DNA of 64,000 nucleotides from the NCBI RefSeq assembly GCF_009914755.1, contig NC_060932.1; one strand, given 5' to 3'. This DNA comes from the human T2T-CHM13v2.0 reference genome, Homo sapiens. The position numbers and the translations under genes are program-made. Each line of letters opens with the position of its first letter. Position 1 is the first letter of the stretch. This document shows, in pieces, positions 34,452 through 51,842 of this stretch. Below the pieces are notes generated by a model that saw only the letters and a list, made by a program, of their open reading frames with translations, was not told the origin of the DNA and searched no databases.

Positions 34452-34626
34452 AGATTCTAGTAATTTAAAATGGGTTTTGAACTGGAGAAAAACCAAGCCA
34501 AGAAAGTTATCTCTGCTTGTTCCACTTATATGAAGACTAGATTCAAGTAATTTAAAATGGATTTTGAACTGCAGAAAAAACCAAGCCAAAAAAGTTGTCT
34601 TTGCTTGTTCCACTTATGTGAAGACT
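34452..34626. repeat. Tandem duplication, 2 x ~87 bp
   Basis: 34452-34538 and 34539-34626 both read agattc-agtaatttaaaatgg-ttttgaactg-agaaaaa-ccaagcca...gcttgttccactta-tgaagact. Confidence 0.92.
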
Positions 34627-35479
34627 GTTCAACTAGTGTGCAAGGGAGGTTATTCCCCCAGGGATCCACCCCTGTCTGCCCCTAAGGCTGAAAGACAGTG
34701 GACAAAGACAAGAGTAAGTGGTAATTCATAGCCTGATAATCTTGAATTTTGAAAGCAGACATCAGAGGAAGCAATGGCAGGAAAGAACAAAAGATAGGAT
34801 GAGAAAACAAGACCTTGGTCACAGAAATTAGTAAGGTCCTGGTTCCAGGCAGGGGCCTTTTAAAATTATGCTGCCAGTTCAGAATTACACTGATTGCGAC
34901 TTAAAAGCTTCCCAGTGCTTTTCACATCTGCAAATGAAAATGTATTTCAATTACCAGGCTGGTGATTTCAGTATCGTGGGGGAACTCATTATGACTTCTG
35001 TTCAGTGACCCCAAGGGTCACATTGTTCCCCCTTTTCCCAAAACTATTGTGCATTGAGAAAAGGCTTTTTTAGCAATAGATGCCCAAGTCCTTGGGAGTC
35101 ACAGTTGTAAAGAGGCTCTTCCTTAATCCACTCTGTATTGGAATTAACCTACTGAGCAGATATAATCAGAAAATACAAGCAAAACAGACTCTCCAGGTAA
35201 AATTCAGCTGCCACTTTGAAATACAAACACCATTTCCTTTTATTAATTGGCTGTGTGGCCTTGAGCAACTTAATCTCTCTGTGCCTCGGGTTTCCTATGT
35301 GTAAGATAGCCGGGCCTATTTCATATAAGGTTATTATGAGAATCAACTGGGGCGATAAAGCAAAGCCCCCAGCATAGTATATGGCACATACTCAGCGCTC
35401 AGTAAGCGTGAGCGATCCAAAGGATCTAAATGTTAAGGGCCAAGGAGAGCGCTCTTTCCACAGGTGCAAAGTCAGGTAG

Positions 35480-37150
35480 CGAAGACTGAGTTCAAGCCAG
35501 GTCAAGCAAGGGACAGGCCGCGGACAGGCGGGGGCCGGTGGCCGGGTCACGGAGCAGGTTCCCCATAGCCGCAGGGCCTCCGGAACTCGGAGGGCAGGCG
35601 CAGGGGACGGGATCGCAGGGCGGGGACAGAGCGCCGGGCCACAAGCCCAAGCGCCGCTGTCTTCGGAGATGCGTCCCGGGGGTGGCCGCGGGAGCCCCGA
35701 CGCCGAGTCCCGAAGGGGCGGCCCCATCCAACGGCCGAGAGCAGGCGGAGGAGGAGGAGTGGAGGGGAGTGAGGAGGGGTGAGAGGAGGAGGTCCCGCCG
35801 CGGCCAAGAAAACAAGCCACGCTCGGGGGAGGAGGCAGAGACCAAACTCCCAACCGCCGCCCAGCGCCGGGGCCAGGCCGGGCCCTTGTCCGCGCCGCCG
35901 CCGCCTCTGTCAGCCTCTGTCCGCGCCCTGGGCCCCGGGGGCCGCCGAGGACCGACCCACTGGGTGGGCGGCCGGGCCCGGCGGCGGCGAGGGGAGGCAG
36001 CGAGGGGGCTCGGTGAACGCGCAACCGGCGCCCCGAAGGCAGGGCGCGCGGCCGGCCCCGCCGGGCTCAGGAGCGGGCAGCGCTGCGGCCCCAACCGGCA
36101 GCGAGGCGGCCCTGGACGGACGCCCGCCCGCCCCCCCCCCGGCACTTACGTGGGCCCGGGCCGTGCGGGGCTGCGCGGGGAAGGGAGCGGCCGCCGGCTC
36201 GGCGGGGAAGGACGCGGGCGGGGCGGAACTGCTGAGGTAGCTGCGGTGGGGCCGGGCTGCGCTGCACCTCGTTCAGGTACCCAGACGGCAGGCGCGGGGC
36301 CGGCTCCAGCCCTCGGGTCGCTGCGCCCAGGCCGGCCAGTCCAAGTCCTTTTGTTGTTGTGCAGCGCTCGCAACAGCTGATCGGCCGCTCCGCTCGCCGT
36401 CGGGCCCCGCTGCCCCGCCCCGGGCCGCGCCAGGCCGGGCCCCACCAATCGGCGGTGCGGGGGCCCCGGGGCCGCCCTGCGAGAGGTTGTCACCAACGCA
36501 CGTGACCTGGCGCCCGGCCGGCGGCGCGCTCAGCTCCGAAACAAGCCCGGGCAACAAAAACCGGGAGCTGAGCGTGAAGGCCTGGGCGAGCGGAAGGGTG
36601 GGAGAGAGGGGCTAGGCCGGGGAGGGAAGCGCTGGGGCCGGGGCCGGCTTTCCAGGAGCCGGCGGGAGCGGGGTGCGTAAGAGGCGGGCGAGGAAGAACC
36701 GGCGGGCAACGGGAAGGGCAGAGGTGGATCTCTCCCTCAGCGACCCCTCTCGCCGAGTGAAGGGTCGAGGGTTTGGGGCACAAAGGGCGCAGAACGTTTT
36801 TTCCTGTGAGAGGAACATTAAGACTCCTGGGAGGGCTGGGGCTAACGCCTCCGAGAGCCCCACCTGGTCAGCCTAGGGTTAGACGTGTAGCCAGGGTGCT
36901 GGGAGGGGGCCGCTGCTGGGCCCCAGATAGAGGGGTAGAGGCCGCTCAATCACGGAGCCAGGCCCCACCTGCTGTAGAAACCGCCACCGAGAGCCGGCCG
37001 GGCTTGCTGCACGCTCTGGATTCCGCCTGCCTATAGGCGAGGCACAAGGGACTGCGAGACCAGGCCTGAAGGCAGAGAGGTCAGCAGGCTCGGGGGCCTC
37101 TGCTCCAGCGGACAACAAGCGCACCGGGCGGGAACGGCCGCCTCCCCAGG
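35480..37150. promoter_or_regulatory. CpG island / TP53INP1 promoter
   Basis: Very GC- and CpG-dense. GC box ccccgccc at ~36413-36420, CCAAT at 36445-36449, E-box CACGTG at 36499-36504. Confidence 0.93.
36150..36378 (-). other. TP53INP1: TP53INP1 exon 1 (non-coding 5'UTR); 5' end (TSS) approximate
   Basis: Donor CAC|GTAAGT on the minus strand (GT at 36149-36148) inside the CpG island, downstream of GC/CCAAT/E-box elements. No ATG in this exon. Confidence 0.8.
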
Positions 37151-37939
37151 CGCTGCAGCCTAGCTCTCATGTGACCCACGGAACTTAGCCCCTCTGTTCT
37201 GTTTGCATACCTGCAAATTGTGGGCATTCACGCCGGGACTGCCAACTCACCAGGTTATTTATAGTGACAAGAGAGTGAGACAGTGGGCTTGAAAGTGTTT
37301 TCCAGACCAAGGCTCTGTCCCACATATAGGTGGATTAACTGTCTGGCAAAGGCAGGTGAGTAACGTTGATGCCTATCAGCTCTCATGTGGATACTGTTTG
37401 GACTGGGATGTAGTTCTTTGACCTGGGGTGAGCTGTATAGCAACCCTGGAGGGATGCCTATCACACATTACAGTATCTGAAAGACACTCACATTCTGACC
37501 CTCACAATGTAGTCAGTCCATTTCCAACAATGCTGGTTTTAAAGGATGTAAATTGCAGTGCAGGGAGTTGTCAGACACCAAGGAGTAATGATCAAAATAT
37601 GATGGTCATTGGACCTTATCTTGGGAGAAAGAGCTAAAACTGTGTTCTAGATAGTCTCACAGACTTGAACATGCTTTGGATTTTAGGTTTTTGCAAATCA
37701 GGCTTGTTCTAATATTTTCTCCCACATGCTATGGTAGGAGCCCCATGATCTCTTGTTTCTCCCTAGGAATCCATTGAAGAGGCCATCTCCACATTCAGAA
37801 CCAAGGTATGATGACAATTACAAGGGGCTAATTTTTAAAAAGAAAAAGGCCTACCTTTTTCCAGTTTGATAAGGTTTATCATGGTTAAAGCAACATGTGA
37901 AATCATCATCTTGTTATGATAGAAAAATTCAATATGAAG

Positions 37940-38435
37940 TAGATCATTTTTCCAAAGATGACCACAACAGTATCTCCATCATGAAGTGGGTGTATTTTTC
38001 TTCCCTTTGAATCTGGGCTGACCCTGTGATTGCTCTGACCAATAGAATGTGGCAGAAAGAATGTTCTAGGACTTCCAAGCCTCGTCATTAAGCAAAAGCA
38101 TTAAGCAAACCCCACAGCTTCTGCTTTGTACTCTGGAAAATGCCAGCCACCCATGAGGAGAGACCACCCTGCTAGCCACAGGGAGAGGCTATGTGAAAAG
38201 AAAGAGATGCCTGGCCAGCTCTAGCTCTTCAGCTCATCCCAGCTGAGCTACCAGACACATGAGTGGAAAAGCCCTTAGGAAGTTCCAGCTCCAGCAGACA
38301 CCATACTGAACAGAGGAGAGATAAGCCATCCCCACGGAGCACTGCCAAAATGACGGCATTGTGAACAAATAAATGATCATTGTTTTAAGGCACTAAATGT
38401 TGGGGTAGTTTTTAAAGCAGCGATAACCAAAACAC
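37940..38435. mobile_element. MLT1 (H/G-like) MaLR LTR
   Basis: cccctttgaatctgggctg...ctctgaccaatagaatgtggcagaa...ttttaaggcactaaatgttggggtagttt...gcagcgataaccaaaaca. Confidence 0.7.
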
Positions 38436-38584
38436 AAAGCTAACAGAAATGCCCATCACAGATCAGTGACTCTAAACTCTACCAAATAGTGTTTGTGATG
38501 AAAACATCTTGTCTCAGGAGTCACTTGCTTTCTGTTTACTCTCTTGCTGATTTATAATCTTCCCAGCTGGTGCTTGTTTATTCC

Positions 38585-38817
38585 CAGTGGTGCACCAAGG
38601 AGGGCGTGCCTCAGGGCAGCATAGGTGAAGTCTGTCCCTAGGAGGGAGGAGTACTTTACCACGACATTGTTTGGAACTGTTGGAGCATAATAATAAAAAG
38701 CAAACTGACTTTTAGTCAATTTTATTTTAAAATTCTTTGCAGACACACAAATTTACTGTGTACTGCCTGTACCTGGGGTGGATCACTCCCACTGCCTCCC
38801 TTCCTGGTATGCCACTG
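38585..38817. mobile_element. Non-autonomous hAT MITE with TIRs (MER97-like)
   Basis: Left end CAGTGGTGCACCAAGG and right end CCTGGTATGCCACTG are imperfect inverted repeats. Confidence 0.6.
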
Positions 38818-40061
38818 GTTTACATAAATGCATGCAGTGAAACTCAGGAGTAATGTCATCTCCATAGCGTAGAGCTGTCTGAACACAACCAAACTGTCAA
38901 ATTACACAAATGCAAGCAAGCTTTTCATCTGTTCACTGACAAAGACCCAGCCAGGTTCCCTGCCTGGGCAGATCCAGTGAATCCAACCATCCTTTAATTC
39001 ACAGAATAATTCTTAGCGTGTTGCTATAGTACCCACTTCCAGGCTGACCCCCTGCTGTGGGGGTGACCCTTTCCCCATCTGTCAGAGTTCTCCTGTCTGT
39101 TTTCCATGGAGCTCAATACGCTCCCTTATCTACCCTAACAAAAGGGATTCAACCTCAAGTTTTGTTTGGAAGACTCACAGTGCAGGACCACATTCACACC
39201 AACAAACAGATACAATGCAACTAATGCCTCTGCCTCCTGCTTATGAAAGCAGGCTGTGGCCATAACCCTGCCAGTTGCATCGAGGCTGCTAAAGAATGTT
39301 GTTTCCTACCAACCCATAGGATGGCTACTTGGGGCAGCCTCAGAACACAAAGCAACAAGTTGTTCTGTCTGTACTGAGGAGAATGGCAAAGTGAAGTCCA
39401 CTTAGGTCGTTTTCTATCTACCCATCAACAGTTAGGATCTGCTGGGCTTCTACCATGGACACAGCATGTTGCCAAGTGTCTGGGAAAGACAAGAATTTTT
39501 TTAAATTGCATTTTAGATAAACAATCACTTAGCATTCCAGTGACATCTATTGTCTTAAGGGAAGAAAGGATCTGACTGGGTCTCCAGAAAGCCTGGAACA
39601 AAGAAGCAAGAGATTCTGTGATTTCTGCTTTCTGAAATAAAAACAGAAAACAGGCGTTTAACTGGGCTGCCAGTTACCATCTCAGAAAGGAGTCAAGAAT
39701 TATTCCAGGGCCATAAGTGTAATAGCTTTTCAAGACCCTGCAACCTTTGTGACTTTTGTATGTTTGTCTTTTTGTTTAACCCTATTTCCACGTGGTGATT
39801 AGAAATAAAATCCTTAAAATAAAAAGGGTCTGTGTGCTGGCTGAGGCAGTAGAAAGGAAAAAGGAGGCGGGCCCCCTTCATTCAGTAACCAGTGCTAGGA
39901 GGTAGTCCCCAAGAGGTGGGATAGCCTGCGCTGGATTGTAACTAATGATCGCTTCAGGCCTAGAGTATTTTCTCTAGTTTCTGGAAAGTACTTTCAAGGC
40001 TTCTTAGTTTCTGGCTGAATGTACAGGTAACCCAATTATTTATGTTAAAACTTAGAGCAGA

Positions 40062-40367
40062 GGCTGGGCACGGTGGCTTACGCCTGTAATCCCAGCACTT
40101 TGGGAGGCCGAGGCAGGTGGATCACCTGAGGTCGGGAGTTCAAGACCAGCCTGACCAACATGGAGAAACCCCGTCTCTACTAAAAATACAAAATTAGCTG
40201 GTCATGGTGGTGCATTCCTGTAATCCCAGCTACTCGGGAAGCTGAGGCAGGAGAATCGCTTGAACCGGGGAGGCGGAGGTTGCATGAGCCGAGATCGCAC
40301 CATTGCACTCCAGCCTGGGCAACAAGACGGAAACTCCATCTCAAGAAAAAAAAAAACAAAAAAAAAA
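40062..40367 (+). mobile_element. Alu (AluSp/Sq-like)
   Basis: Alu consensus; TSD-like aaaac-tt-gagcaga flanks. Confidence 0.9.
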
Positions 40368-41052
40368 CCTTTGAGCAGAAAGCAAGGTCATCCCTTACTG
40401 GATATGGTCTAGAGACATGATACAGAATGGCCCTTCATACACCACCCTAGCTCCAAGGAGCCATGAAGCTTGAAGAGGCGCACTGTGTGGGGCAGATGTG
40501 ACTCGTTCTTAGGGCGGTTGTCAGAGATTAGTTGAAGTGTGTGAGCAAAGGGCTTTTGTAACTCCCGCTGCCAAAGCGACTTCTTCACTCACACTGATAC
40601 TTCTGGGCACTGCCCAACAGTCCGCATATGCCAGAGGCAACCTGAGGTGGGTCTGTAATCATGAATTGCTTTGTTAGGGTGACAGCATGAGTGCAAGTGC
40701 CTTTCTGCTCTTCTCAAAAGGATGCAGATGATATGGTTACTACTTACATAAGCCACACACTGCCTAAATAATCTACCTATTTAAGGAAAACTCGTTTATT
40801 GGATTCTTTTTTTTTCTTTTTGCATGAATGAACTACCTTAAATATCCATTTCATTTTGCAAGATGAATTTATGCTTTTAAATGTCCATGTTTCTCATGGC
40901 TTTGGCAAAGCCAGGCCTAAACGTTTTGATCATCCAAGGCAAGGTTTTTTATTTCTATAGTATCCTTTCGGGGCCTCTTTTCCTGCTTTATTCCTCTTTG
41001 ATAGGAGTAGGCATTTATTTCTCTTAAATATCCATTACATTTTGCAAGATGA

Positions 41053-41354
<302 letters not shown>

Positions 41355-42189
41355 CTATTTAACAGTTATTTAATGAGCACTTACTCTATGCCAGGCACCA
41401 GGGATACAGCAGTGAACAAAACAGAAAAGTCTTGGCCCTCAAGAACCTTCCATCTAGTAGAGGAGATACAATAAACAAGTAAATATATAATTTAGTGGGT
41501 GCTGTGAAGAAAGATAAGCTGGGTAAAGGGTTAGAGAGAAGTTGGTGGGGAGGTAGTGTGGTCAGGAGGGCCTCTCTGAGGAGGTGGCATTTGAGCATTG
41601 AGAACCAAAGGGCATAGAAGAGTGGTCCAGGAGCAGGAAGAGCAAGTGCAAAGGCCTGAGGTAGAAGAGTCTTTGCTGTGCTTAAGAGCAGTGCTGTTCT
41701 CAGGCTACACAGTGTAACTGAGGATTTGGCATGATCTGGTATCTGATGGTGACCTGACCAGACCCATAGGTTTATAAGCTGAAGAGCCGTAGAACTTTGA
41801 ATTGTTTTGCTGTCTTTTTGGCTTTTCCAACACTTCCAGAAAGGCCCACAGATCTCTGAGAAGTCACTTTTTGTGTTTATTATTATAACCTGGAACTAAA
41901 TTGTAGAGCCCTGAGAACAGGTGTCACAGAATGGGCCTCAGGTAATCAATTCTGTTGCATCCTGGAGATAAATACACTCTGTGCTGTCTGGTAAGGAAGG
42001 AAAGAACAGATAATTATGGAGTTCCTGCTCTGGAATGGGGACAGTTGCTTATCTTCTAAGTGCCTCAGTTTCCTCACCTGTAAAAGAGGGACAATAATAC
42101 CAGCTCGGAGAGACAATAAAGGCAGAAAGGTGCCTGGCACATGTAGGTCTTTGGTAAGTGTGTGTTCTTACCAGCACATAGACCCTTCT

Positions 42190-42540
42190 TGTCCTAGTTC
42201 ATTTTGTGTTGCTATAACAGAATACCTGAGAATGGGTAACTCATAAAGAACAGAGATTTATTTCTTACAGTTGTGGAGTCTGCCAAATCCAAGGTCGACA
42301 GACCCACAGAAAGGCAAGAAAACGTGCACACACATGAGAGGAAGGGGGTCAAACTCATCCTTTTTATCAGGCATCCACTCCTGTGATAACTAACCCACTC
42401 CTGGGATAACAGCATTAATCCATTTATGAGGCAGAGCCCTCATGACCTAATCACCTCTTAAAGGTCCACCTGTCAACACTGTTGCATTGGGGATTTAGTT
42501 TTTAACACATGAACTTTGGGGAACACGTTCAAACTATAGT
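42190..42540. mobile_element. MST-like MaLR LTR
   Basis: tgtcctagttcattttgtgttgctataacagaatacctgaga...catgacctaatcacctcttaaagg...catgaactttgggg. Confidence 0.75.
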
Positions 42541-43219
42541 GCTTCTCATTTGAAGTATTTTGTCTCTAATCACCATGTGGAAATAGGATGTTATTTATTT
42601 ATCTGTTTCCCTTTTTTGAACCCCAAATAGATTAAAAGGAAATAGGATTTTAAAAGAAAATAAAAGGAAAAATGCTTAAAAGCTTTAATAACTTCTGAGA
42701 ACTTGAGCCCCCTCAAACCATAAAGTCAACAGCAAAATATCTTCATCTTCTTTAATAAGTCTATAAGTAGAAACCACAGAGGTGGTCTTGACCTATGCTT
42801 GAATTTGTGCCTACCTAACCTGCATTTTGTATTATGTGAATGTTTAAAACCATAGTTTGGAAAAGAAGTCCCTCCCTAGCACACACTGATACACCTGAGT
42901 TACTTTACCTGCTCAAACACAAGTGCAATAGAAACCAATCAGTCCTGTAAATTAAACTCCTGGAAGCCATATAATCCATAACTCAGAACAGAATTTAAAG
43001 TGAGAAGCAGCTGAATCAGCTGAATCTAATGGTTAAGAGCCCTAATTCTAGAATCAGACCTTAGTGCAAGCTGAATGACTTTAGGCTTGACCTCTCTTAG
43101 CCTCCATTTCCTGTTGCATAAAATGGGGATGATTAGAATGCCTCCTTCAGTGGTTCCGAGGTTAATGAGATAATGCATGTAAGCATTTAATACAATGCTT
43201 GGCACTATAGTAAGAGCTT

Positions 43220-45200
<1,981 letters not shown>

Positions 45201-45202
45201 AA

Positions 45203-45885
<683 letters not shown>

Positions 45886-46504
45886 TAAGCAATTATTTTC
45901 TTAGAAATTTTGTTGTAAAGGAAAGCAAAAGATCAAAGTGGAACTAGATGTGAATGGGAAGACAGGGAGGTTTTGTCTTTACTTTGGGCTTTTACTATGG
46001 GAGGAATTACAACTACTGGTATTGCTGGTAAGAATGATATGGCAGAGAAGCTGAAAATGGCTGCGGGAAAGAGGGGGTGATTGCGGTAGCAAAGCCTGAG
46101 TACCTGAGAAGGGATGGGATCAAGAAGTATCCAATGACTTACTCAGGTCACATAACCTGTGAGTGATGGGGCTGGCACTTGACCTCAGGAATCCTCACTC
46201 TGAGACTCTCCAGTCCAACCAAGCTGCATTTCAATTCCTGTCTTTGAGAGCAGCAGTAACCATAACAATCTCCCAGGATGTAAAGGAGGAAACACATTCA
46301 CATATCAAATTACAGCTGTCCTGGCTACCTACATACTAGGTACTCAAGGCTTGAAGAGGAGGAAGGAGGTCAATGGGTTCTTGGAAGGGGAAGAGGACAA
46401 ACAGATAAGACTCCATTTGCCTAATTGACAACTAAAACACCCTCAGAAAGTCCAGTTCCAAAGGTGGTTGAATATTTTGAATCCCTGACTTAGCATTGGC
46501 CAAT

Positions 46505-46848
<344 letters not shown>

Positions 46849-48370
46849 TGAACTGACCTTGGCTTTGGGTCCCCCCCAGTTTCGGATGTTTACATTTCAT
46901 CAGCTTTTCATGTGCAGATTATATTCTCTGTCCCCAGCACCAAGGATCACGTGGTTTTGTGATTTTACTTCTACAAACTCTCTTATCACAGCACTTGCAT
47001 GTCCGAGTCCAGATGTTAAACAGATCGATCAATGAGTAAACCTTGGCTTCACATTTTGTGCAGACAAACTTAACCAAGACATATACAAACAAAGTCTCTT
47101 AGCTACTGCATAGCCTCTGTGTCACCAGATCTTTGCCTTAAAAACACTTCCTTCTTTTTTTTGGTAGCAGCTTTATAGAGATAAAATTGACATACTGTAT
47201 ACTTCATCCATTGAAGACGCGCAACTCATTGGTTTTTGGTGCTTTCACATAGCTGCCAACATTTCCTTCTTGACATTGTGGTTTTCACCTGAATAGACAG
47301 GTCAAACTCCCAACCTCAGTACGACTCTGCTATTTTCATCATGGCAATTTCCAAACCCGTAAAGGTTATCTGAAGGCAAATGTAGATATGACTGGGACTT
47401 CCCTGGTGCCTCGTTAGCAGCTGATGACTTGTCTAAGTTCATCCGGTGGAAACTGCTCCATGTCTGTTATATGGGTGGCTGTTGTAGAACTAATGAACAA
47501 GGAATTGAGTGAGCAGTTTTAATACAATAAAGGATGGATGCCTTGCTTGGTGCACAGACAATGACATCTCAGTAATTTTATTCCAATTGGCAGAACGCTA
47601 AATCCCTTTCATTTGTTTCACATCTTCTTACTAACCTTTCTGCTAAATGCTCCATTTCAGTATCCTCCAAAGTGTTTGTTTTGAGACCATGTATGTTTAT
47701 GTCCTCTTTCCTCTCATGGAAACCACCTGTAGCAGCAACCAGTGGAGCTGCTGCAAACATTTGTTTTTGATAACAGTGTATTCTGAACGTCTGTGGTTTC
47801 AATTTCTATTTTTGTCCCTGACTGTTGTAACTTTTCGAACAAACCCTTCATACCTTTTACGGGTAGCTTTGCTTTTCCCAGGCATTTGCACTCTGCCCAA
47901 CACGTCAGCTACATAAACTGTGACAAGGCTATTGCAAGATTGCTCTATAATTATTACCCAAGAAAACATCTTGTGAGAGACCAAAACTCTAAAAGGCCAG
48001 CACATAGACATTTTTCACCTTTTATTAATTATATGCAATAATCTCTGAACACAGAAACAGTGTCAAGAGACTATCATTCTTTTGGAATTTTGACGAACAA
48101 TACAGAGAAGCAAAATAAACCACTCGGTCCCAATTAGAAAATTTTTTCTCTTATTCATCAGTGTTCTCCACTGACACGTAAAATTCACCACTACACTCTC
48201 TCACATTTCATTTTTGTCCTTGAACTCCAGGCTTACCTCATATAAAACTTCTCCTCCTTCCTTAGTACCATCCAACCTTTCATTCATTCAATAAGAACTT
48301 TTACCATTTTAAATCAGTACAGTTGTCTAATGACTTACAGTTTCAACATGTTTTCATCTGCATTGTTTAA

Positions 48371-48718
<348 letters not shown>

Positions 48719-49029
48719 TAGAGCAACCATTATTACTGCCATTTTATAGACAGAAAACTAAGGTCTCTTGGCTAGCCATAACAAAACTTGTACCAAGAAA
48801 TTGATTTGAATTCTAGTCCAGGATTTTTTCCTACCATAATACTGGCCTTCATATTTTGCTATGATTCTCCAGTGTCAGCTGCATCAAAATCCCCTGGAGG
48901 GCTTGTTGTATCACAGATTGCCAGGGCCCGTCTCCAGCATTTCTGATTCAGTAGGTCTGGAGTGAGGCCCAAGAATTTTCTCATTCACACCCACACTTCT
49001 CCACTTTGTCCTTTGCCTTCCCCCTTCTT

Positions 49030-50190
<1,161 letters not shown>

Positions 50191-51103
50191 GAGAAAAAGA
50201 AGGTTAGAAAAAGAAGAGTACATGGCAGTGTGGAGACTGCATGAAAAATGGCATTTAACAAGCATTTTTGAGGCTTACTCTGTAGCTGACATTGTGCTAA
50301 GTGAATGAAGCAGCGGTCCTGCCCCCAAGGTGCTCATAGTCAGGGTGGAAAGACCACCATATAAACATATAAAGAATGCACTGTGAGGGGACAGATGTAT
50401 AAACAAAATGCTATGGAAACCCAGAAAAGGAACCCTACCTAAGGAGGTCAGGGAATGATCCCAGGAGATAACATATGAAAAAGGACTTGAAGGATGAATA
50501 CAGTTATGTCAGGAAGCAAAGAGAAAAAAGCTTTCTGTGCTTGAGTCCCTTCTTTCTTCTACCCTTGAGGGCCAGAGGCTGGCTCAGCTGGAGACGGGTT
50601 GGAACAAGGGCCGTAGCCAGACATCTAACTAGGTAATAGAGGATTCCAAAACCCAAGCTGCCTGCAGAGCCAACTTCAGGAAACTCAAAAGTCCAAAGAA
50701 CCAGGTGGGAAATTGTGAAGGTTGGCAAATACCCATGACAGCAGGTCTAGGGAGCCAGACATCTGGGGCTGAAAGGCAAGAGCCAGAGAGCAGAGGGCAT
50801 TTAGGGAGAACAGGGCAGTAGCTGGGGAAGACAGGTGGAGGCCTGCTTCTCGAGCAGTTAAGAAGCTCAGTGCACAAGCTCAGCAGGTCAATAAATAGCC
50901 CATTTCATTATCTTATCATTCAACTTCATTTTCACATTCAGCCCTCATCCTGTTAGGGCTGTGGGAAAGTCATCTTAGTCCTTCCTGGGGATTCCCCCTG
51001 CACCCAAGGCTGTGCTAAAATTCTGTGGCCTTAGTTAGCCTGAAGGGCCCTTCAGTCCCTGGTGCTGCTGTTTCTGTGACATAGGAACCCTGGCGGTAGG
51101 ACC

Positions 51104-51842
<739 letters not shown>

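Noticed and set aside
34452-34626. Repeat considered as CRISPR-like or an RNA gene
   Set aside because: Only two contiguous copies with no spacers, in a eukaryotic context. No tRNA, snRNA or rRNA signature was recognised anywhere in the window.
35392-37124. Long overlapping ORFs (210-280 aa) on both strands
   Set aside because: These arise from stop-codon scarcity in the GC-rich CpG island. They are low-complexity Pro/Arg/Gly/Ala, often start at non-ATG codons and cross the exon 1 donor.
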